From Eledone cirrhosa (Eukaryota), in the NCBI GenBank assembly GCA_964016885.1, contig OZ024743.1, forward strand, positions 1,736,001 to 1,800,000: DNA of 64,000 bases, read 5' to 3'. The notes under the pieces were generated by a model, which was given only the letters and a program-made list of their open reading frames with translations, had not been told where the DNA came from and did no database searches. This document shows positions 56,301 to 64,000 of this stretch, in pieces. The position numbers were made by a program, and so were the translations under genes. Numbering within the stretch: position 1 is the first letter of the stretch; each line of letters opens with the position of its first letter.

Positions 56301-59300
56301 GGACACCTAACGTCGGTAGTGGACACTTAGCTTCATTGTGGACACCTAACTTCGGAAATGGACACTTAGCTTCATTGCGGACACCTAACTTCGGAAATGG
56401 ACACTTAGCTTCATTGCGGACACCTAACTTCGGAAATGGACACTTAGCTTCATTGCGGACACCTAACTTCAGTAGTGGACACTTAGCTTCATTGTGGACA
56501 CCTAACTTCGGTAGTGGACACTTAGCTTCATTGTGGACACCTAACTTCGGTAGTGGACACTTAGCTTCATTGTGGACACCTAACTTCGGTAGTGGACACT
56601 TAGCTTCATTGCGGACACCTAACTTCAGTAGTGGACACTCAGCTTCATTGTGGACACCTAACTTCGGTAGTGGACACTTAGCTTTATTGCCGACACCTAA
56701 CTTCGGTAGTGGACACTCAGCTTCATTGTGGACACCTAACTTCGGTAGTGGACACTTAGCTTCATTGTGGACTCCTAACTTCGGTAGTGGACACTTAGCT
56801 TCATTGTGGACACCTAACTTCGGTAGTGGACATTTAGCTTCATTGTGGACACCTAACTTCGGTAGTGGACACTTAGCTTCATTGTGGACACCTAACTTCG
56901 GTAGTGGACACTTAGCTTCATTACGGACACCTAACTTCAGTAGTGGACACTTAGCTTCATTGTGGACACATAACTTCGGTAGTGGACACTTGGCTTCATT
57001 GTGGACACCTAACTTCGGTAGTGGACACTTAGCTTCATTGTGGACTCCTAACTTCGGTAGTGGACACTTAGCTTCATTGTGGACACCTAACTTCGGTAGT
57101 GGACACTTAGCTTCATTGCGGACACCTAACTTCGGTAGTGGACACTTAGCTTCATTGTGGGCACCTAACTTCGGTAGTGGACACTTAGCTTCATTGTGGA
57201 CACCTAACTTCGGTAGTGGACACTTAGCTTCATTGTGGACACCTAACTTCGGTAGTGGACACTTAGCTTCATTACGGACACCTAACTTCGGTAGTGGACA
57301 CTCAGCTTCATTGTGTGCACCTAACTTCGGTAGTGGACACTTAGCTTCATTGCGGACACCTAACGTCAGTAGTGGACACTTAGCTTCATTGTGGACACCT
57401 AACTTCGGTAGTGGACACTTAGCTTCATTGTGGACACCTAACTTCGGTAGTGGACACTTAGCTTCATTACGGACACCTAACGTCAGTAGTGGACACTTAG
57501 CTTCATTGTGGACACCTAACGTCGGTAGTGGACACTTAGCTTCATTGTGGACACCTAACTTCGGAAATGGACACTTAGCTTCATTGCGGACACCTAACTT
57601 CGGAAATGGACACTTAGCTTCATTGCGGACACCTAACTTCGGAAATGGACACTTAGCTTCATTGCGGACACCTAACTTCAGTAGTGGACACTTAGCTTCA
57701 TTGTGGACACCTAACTTCGGTAGTGGACACTTAGCTTCATTGTGGACACCTAACTTCGGTAGTGGACACTTAGCTTCATTGTGGACACCTAACTTCGGTA
57801 GTGGACACTTAGCTTCATTGCGGACACCTAACTTCAGTAGTGGACACTCAGCTTCATTGTGGACACCTAACTTCGGTAGTGGACACTTAGCTTCATTGCC
57901 GACACCTAACTTCGGTAGTGGACACTCAGCTTCATTGTGGACACCTAACTTCGGTAGTGGACACTTAGCTTCATTGTGGACTCCTAACTTCGGTAGTGGA
58001 CACTTAGCTTCATTGTGGACACCTAACTTCGGTAGTAGACATTTAGCTTCATTGTGGACACCTAACTTCGGTAGTGGACACTTAGCTTCATTGTGGACAC
58101 CTAACTTCGGAAATGGACACTTAGCTTCATTGCGGACACCTAACTTCGGAAATGGACACTTAGCTTCATTGCGGACACCTAACTTCGGAAATGGACACTT
58201 AGCTTCATTGCGGACACCTAACTTCGGTAGTGGACACTCAGCTTCATTGTGGACACCTAACTTCGGAAATGGACACTTAGCTTCATTGCGGACACCTAAC
58301 TTCGGTAGTGGACACTTAGCTTCATTGTGGACACCTAACTTCGGTAGTGGACACTTAGCTTCATTGCGGACACCTAACTTCAGTAGTGGACACTTAGCTT
58401 CATTGTGGACACCTAACTTCGGTAGTGGACACTTAGCTTCATTGTGGACACCTAACTTCGGTAGTGGACACTTAGCTTCATTGTGGACACCTAACTTCGG
58501 TAGTGGACACTTAGCTTCATTGCGGACACCTAACTTCAGTAGTGGACACTTAGCTTCATTGTGGACACCTAACTTCGGTAGTGGACACTTAGCTTCATTG
58601 CGGACACCTAACTTCAGTAGTGGACACTTAGCTTCATTGTGGACACCTAACTTCGGTAGTGGACACTTAGCTTCATTGTGGACACCTAACTTCGGTAGTG
58701 GACACTTAGCTTCATTGTGGACACCTAACTTCGGTAGTGGACACTTAGCTTCATTGTGGACACCTAACTTCGGTAGTGGACACTTAGCTTCATTGTGGAC
58801 ACCTAACTTCGGTAGTGGACACTTAGCTTCATTGCGGACACCTAACTTCAGTAGTGGACACTTAGCTTCATTGTGGACACCTAACTTCGGTAGTGGACAC
58901 TTAGCTTCATTGTGGACACCTAACTTCGGTAGTGGATACTTAGCTTCATTGCGGACACCTAACTTCAGTAGTGGACACTTAGCTTCATTGTGAACACCTA
59001 ACTTCGGTAGTGGACACTTAGCTTCATTGTGGACACCTAACTTCAGTAGTGGACACTTAGCTTCATTGTGGACACCTAACTTCGGTAGTGGACACTTAGC
59101 TTCATTGTGGACACCTAACTTCGGTAGTGGACACTTAGCTTCATTGCGGACACCTAACTTCAGTAGTGGACACTTAGCTTCATTGTGGACACCTAACTTC
59201 GGTAGTGGACACTTAGCTTCATTACGGACACCTAACTTCGGTAGTGGACACTTAGCTTCATTACGGACACCTAACTTCGGTAGTGGACACTTAGCTTCAT

Positions 59301-62300
59301 TACGGACACCTAACTTCGGTAGTGGACACTTAGCTTCATTGTGGACACCTAAGTTCAGTAGTGGACACTTAGCTTCATTGTGGACACCTAACTTCGGTAG
59401 TGAACACTTAGCTTCATTGCGGACACCTAACTTCGGTAGTGGACACTTAGCTTCATTGCGGACACCTAACTTCGATAGTGGACACTTAGCTTCATTGCGG
59501 ACACCTAACGTCAGTAGTGGACACTTAGCTTCATTGCGGACACCTAACTTCGGTAGTGGACACTTAGCTTCATTGCGGACACCTAACGTCAGTAGTGGAC
59601 ACTTAGCTTCATTGTGGACACCTAATCTCGGATAGTGGACACTTAGCTTCATTGCGGACACCTAACTTCGGTAGTGGACACTTAGCTTCATTGTGGACAC
59701 CTAACTTCTGTAGTGGACACTTAGCTTCATTGCGGACACCTAACTTCGGTAGTGGACACTCAGCTTCATTGCGGACACCTAACGTCAGTAGTGGACACTT
59801 AGCTTCATTGTGGACACCTAACTTCGGTAGTGGACACTTAGCTTCATTACGGACACCTAACTTCGGTAGTGGACACTTAGCTTCATTGCAGACACCTAAC
59901 GTCAGTAGTGGACACTTAGCTTCATTGCGGACACCTAACTTCGGTAGTGGACACTCAGCTTCATTGCGAACACCTAACGTCAGTAGTGGACACTTAGCTT
60001 CATTGTGGACACCTAACTTCAGTAGTGGACACTTAGCTTCATTACGGACACCTAACTTCAGTAGTGGACACTTAGCTTCATTACGGACACCTAACTTCGG
60101 TAGTGGACACTCAGCTTCATTGCGGACACCTAACTTCGGTAGTGGACATTTAGCTTCGTTGTGGACACCTAACTTCGGTAGTGGGCACTTAGCTTCATTG
60201 TGGAGACCTAACTTCGGTAGTGGACACTTAGCTTCATTGTGGACACCTAACTTCGGTAGTGGACACTTAGCTTCATTGTGGACACCTATCTTCAGTAGTG
60301 GACACTTAGCTTCATTGTGGACACATAACTTCGGTAGTGGACACTTAGCTTCATTGTGGACACCTAACTTCGGTAGTGGACACTTAGCTTCATTGTGGAC
60401 ACCTAACTTCGGTAGTGGACACTTAGCTTCATTGTGGACACCTAACTTCGGTAGTGGACACTTAGCTTCATTACGGACACCTAACTTCGGTAGTGGACAC
60501 TCAGCTTCATTGTGGACACCTAACTTCGGTAGTGGACACTTAGCTTCATTGCGGACACCTAACGTCAGTAGTGGACACTTAGCTTCATTGTGGACACCTA
60601 ACTTCGGTAGTGGACACTTAGCTTCATTGTGGACACCTAACTTCGGTAGTGGACACTTAGCTTCATTACGGACACCTAACGTCAGTAGTGGACACTTAGC
60701 TTCATTGTGGACACCTAACGTCGGTAGTGGACACTTAGCTTCATTGTGGACACCTAACTTCGGAAATGGACACTTAGCTTCATTGCGGACACCTAACTTC
60801 GGAAATGGACACTTAGCTTCATTGCGGACACCTAACTTCGGAAATGGACACTTAGCTTCATTGCGGACACCTAACTTCGGTAGTGGACACTCAGCTTCAT
60901 TGTGGACACCTAACTTCGGAAATGGACACTTAGGTTCATTGCGGACACCTAACTTCGGTAGTGGACACTTAGCTTCATTGTGGACACCTAGCTTCGGAAA
61001 TGGACACTTAGCTTCATTGCGGACACCTAACTTCAGTAGTGGACACTTAGCTTCATTGTGGACACCTAACTTCGGTAGTGGACACTTAGCTTCATTACGG
61101 ACACCTAACTTCGGTAGTGGACACTTAGCTTCATTACGGACACCTAACTTCGGTAGTGGACACTTAGCTTCATTACGGACACCTAACTTCGGTAGTGGAC
61201 ACTTAGCTTCATTGTGGACACCTAACTTCAGTAGTGGACACTTAGCTTCATTGTGGACACCTAACTTCGGTAGTGGACACTTAGCTTCATTGCGGACACC
61301 TAACTTCGGTAGTGGACACTTAGCTTCATTGCGGACACCTAACTTCGGTAGTGGACACTTAGCTTCATTGCGGACACCTAACGCCAGTAGTGGACACTTA
61401 GCTTCATTGCGGACACCTAACGTCAGTAGTGGACACTTAGCTTCATTGCGGACACCTAACGTCAGTAGTGGACACTTAGCTACATTGTGGACACCTAACT
61501 TCGGTAGTGGACACTTAGCTTCATTGCGGACACCTAACTTCGGTAGTGGACACTTAGCTTCATTGCGGACACCTAACGTCAGTAGTGGACACTTAGCTTC
61601 ATTGTGGACACCTAACTTCGGTAGTGGACACTTAGCTTCATTGCGGACACCTAACTTCGGTAGTGGACACTTAGCTTCATTGTGGACACCTAACTTCGGT
61701 AGTGGACACTTAGCTTCATTGCGGACACCTAACTTCGGTAGTGGACACTCAGCTTCATTGCGGACACCTAACGTCAGTAGTGGACACTCAGCTTCATTGT
61801 GGACACCTAACTTCGGTAGTGGACACTTAGCTTCATTACGGACACCTAACTTCGGTAGTGGACACTTAGCTTCATTGCGGACACCTAACGTCAGTAGTGG
61901 ACACTTAGCTTCATTGCGGACACCTAACTTCGGTAGTGGACACTCAGCTTCATTGCGGACACCTAACGTCAGTAGTGGACACTTAGCTTCATTGTGGACA
62001 CCTAACTTCAGTAGTGGACACTTAGCTTCATTACGGACACCTAACTTCAGTAGTGGACACTTAGCTTCATTACGGACACCTAACTTCGGTAGTGGACACT
62101 CCGCTTCATTGCGGACACCTAACTTCGGTAGTGGACATTTAGCTTCGTTGTGGACACCTAACTTCGGTAGTGGACACTTAGCTTCATTGTGGACACCTAA
62201 CTTCGGTAGTGGACACTTAGCTTCATTGTGGACACCTAACTTCGGTAGTGGACACTTAGCTTCATTGTGGACACCTAATTTCGGTAGTGGACACTTAGTT

Positions 62301-64000
62301 TCATTGTGGACACCTAACTTCGGTAGTGGACACTCAGCTTCATTGTGGACACCTAACTTCGGTAGTGGACACTTAGCTTCATTGCGGACACCTAACTTCG
62401 GTAGTGGACACTCAGCTTCATTGTGGACACCTAACTTCGGTAGTGGACACTTAGCTTCATTACGGACACCTAACTTCAGTAGTGGACACTTAGCTTCATT
62501 GTAGACACATAACTTCGGTAGTGGACACTTAGCTCCATTGTGGACACCTAACTTCGGTAGTGGACACTTAGCTTCATTGTGGACACCTAACTTCGGTAGT
62601 GGACACTTAGCTTCATTGTGGACACCTAACTTCGGTAGTGGACACTCATCTTCATTGTGGACACCTAACTTCGGTAGTGGACACTCATCTTCATTGTGGA
62701 CACCTAACTTCGGTAGTGGACACTTAGCTTCATTGCGGACACCTAACGTCAGTAGTGGACACTTAGCTTCATTGTGGACACCTAACTTCGGTAGTGGACA
62801 CTTAGCTTCATTGTGGACACCTAACTTCGGTAGTGGACACTTAGCTTCATTGTGGACACCTAACGTCGGTAGTGGACACTTAGCTTCATTGTGGACACCT
62901 AACTTCGGAAATGGACACTTAGCTTCATTGCGGACACCTAACTTCGGAAATGGACACTTAGCTTCATTGCGGACACCTAGCTTCGGAAATGGACACTTAG
63001 CTTCATTGCGGACACCTAACTTCGGTAGTGGACACTCAGCTTCATTGTGGACACCTAACTTCGGAAATGGACACTTAGGTTCATTGCGGACACCTAACTT
63101 CGGTAGTGGACACTTAGCTTCATTGCGGACACCTAACTTCGGTAGTGGACACTTAGCTTCATTGCGGACACCTAACTTCGGTAGTGGACACTCAGCTTCA
63201 TTGTGGACACCTAAATTCGGAAATGGACACTTAGCTTCATTGCGGACACCTAACTTCGGTAGTGGACACTTAGCTTCATTGCGGACACCTAACTTCGGTA
63301 GTGGACACTTAGCTTCATTGCGGACACCTAACTTCGGTAGTGGACACTCAGCTTCATTGTGGACACCTAACTTCGGTAGTGGACACTCAGCTTCATTGTG
63401 GACACCTAACTTCGGTAGTGGACACTTAGCTTCATTGTGGACACCTAACTTCGGTAGTGGACACTTAGCTTCATTACGGACACCTAACTTCGGTAGTGGA
63501 CACTTAGCTTCATTGCGGACACCTAACTTCGGTATTGGACACTTAGCTTCATTGTGGACACCTAACTTCGGTAATGGACACTTAGCTTCATTGCGGACAC
63601 CTAACTTCGGTAGTGGACACTTAGCTTCATTGCGGACACCTAACTTCGGTAGTGGACACTTAGCTTCATTGCGGACACCTAACTTCGGTAGTGGACACTT
63701 AGCTTCATTGCGGGCACCTAACTTCGGTAGTGGACACTTAGCTTCATTGCGGACACCTAACTTCGGTAGTGGACACTTAGCTTCATTGCGGACACCTAAC
63801 TTAGGTAGTGGACACTCAGCTCCATTGTGGACACCTAACTTCGGTAGTGGACACTTAGCTTCATTACGGACACCTAACTTCGGTAGTAGACACTTAGCTT
63901 CATTGTGGACACCTAACTTCGGTAGTGGACGCTTAACTTCATTGCGGACACCTAATTTCAGTACTGGACACTTAGCTTCATTACGGACACCTAACTTCGG
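50373..64000. repeat. 39-bp tandem satellite, ~350 copies, running off the window end
   Basis: Unit ggacacctaacttcggtagt-ggacacttagcttcattgt with few recurring SNP variants and single-base indels at ~53963 and ~59630. Confidence 0.99.

Noticed and set aside
50373-64000. Giant ORFs (950-1910 aa) as real genes
   Set aside because: They follow automatically from a stop-free 39-bp unit, occur on both strands, are broken by indels and have no unique domain or credible start.
50373-64000. CRISPR array
   Set aside because: No unique spacers, no cas genes, and a eukaryotic context.

Overview
AT-rich, microsatellite-dense eukaryotic DNA. The repeat content (tRNA-derived SINEs, RTE, Tx1-like, R4/Dong-like and CRE-like LINEs, Penelope-like elements, a mariner fragment, a Helitron) resembles a coleoid cephalopod such as octopus; this is an inference. 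No intact host gene is recognisable, and nearly all listed ORFs are translations of simple repeats. Bases 1-50.3 kb are a graveyard of decayed mobile elements nested in (TA)n, (CA)n, (TATG)n and (GATA)n tracts. Bases 50.37-64 kb are a 39-bp tandem satellite with irregular higher-order structure, and its apparent single-copy seed sits just upstream. The main hidden signal is about 20 type-I hammerhead ribozyme (HHR) motifs, found by eye. Three lie in different 313-466 bp tandem or terminally redundant, highly self-complementary retrozyme-like units. All three carry the same upstream geometry: an ATGCAAAT octamer, a TATA box 41-43 bp later, and the start of the ribozyme hairpin 24-26 bp after that. 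This suggests self-promoting ribozyme/circular-RNA retroelements. The other HHRs sit in Penelope-type terminal repeats, often as fold-back inverted pairs, and include U3-A8 core variants and motifs with an ~82-nt domain II. All coordinates were read manually; no folding, alignment or database search was run.
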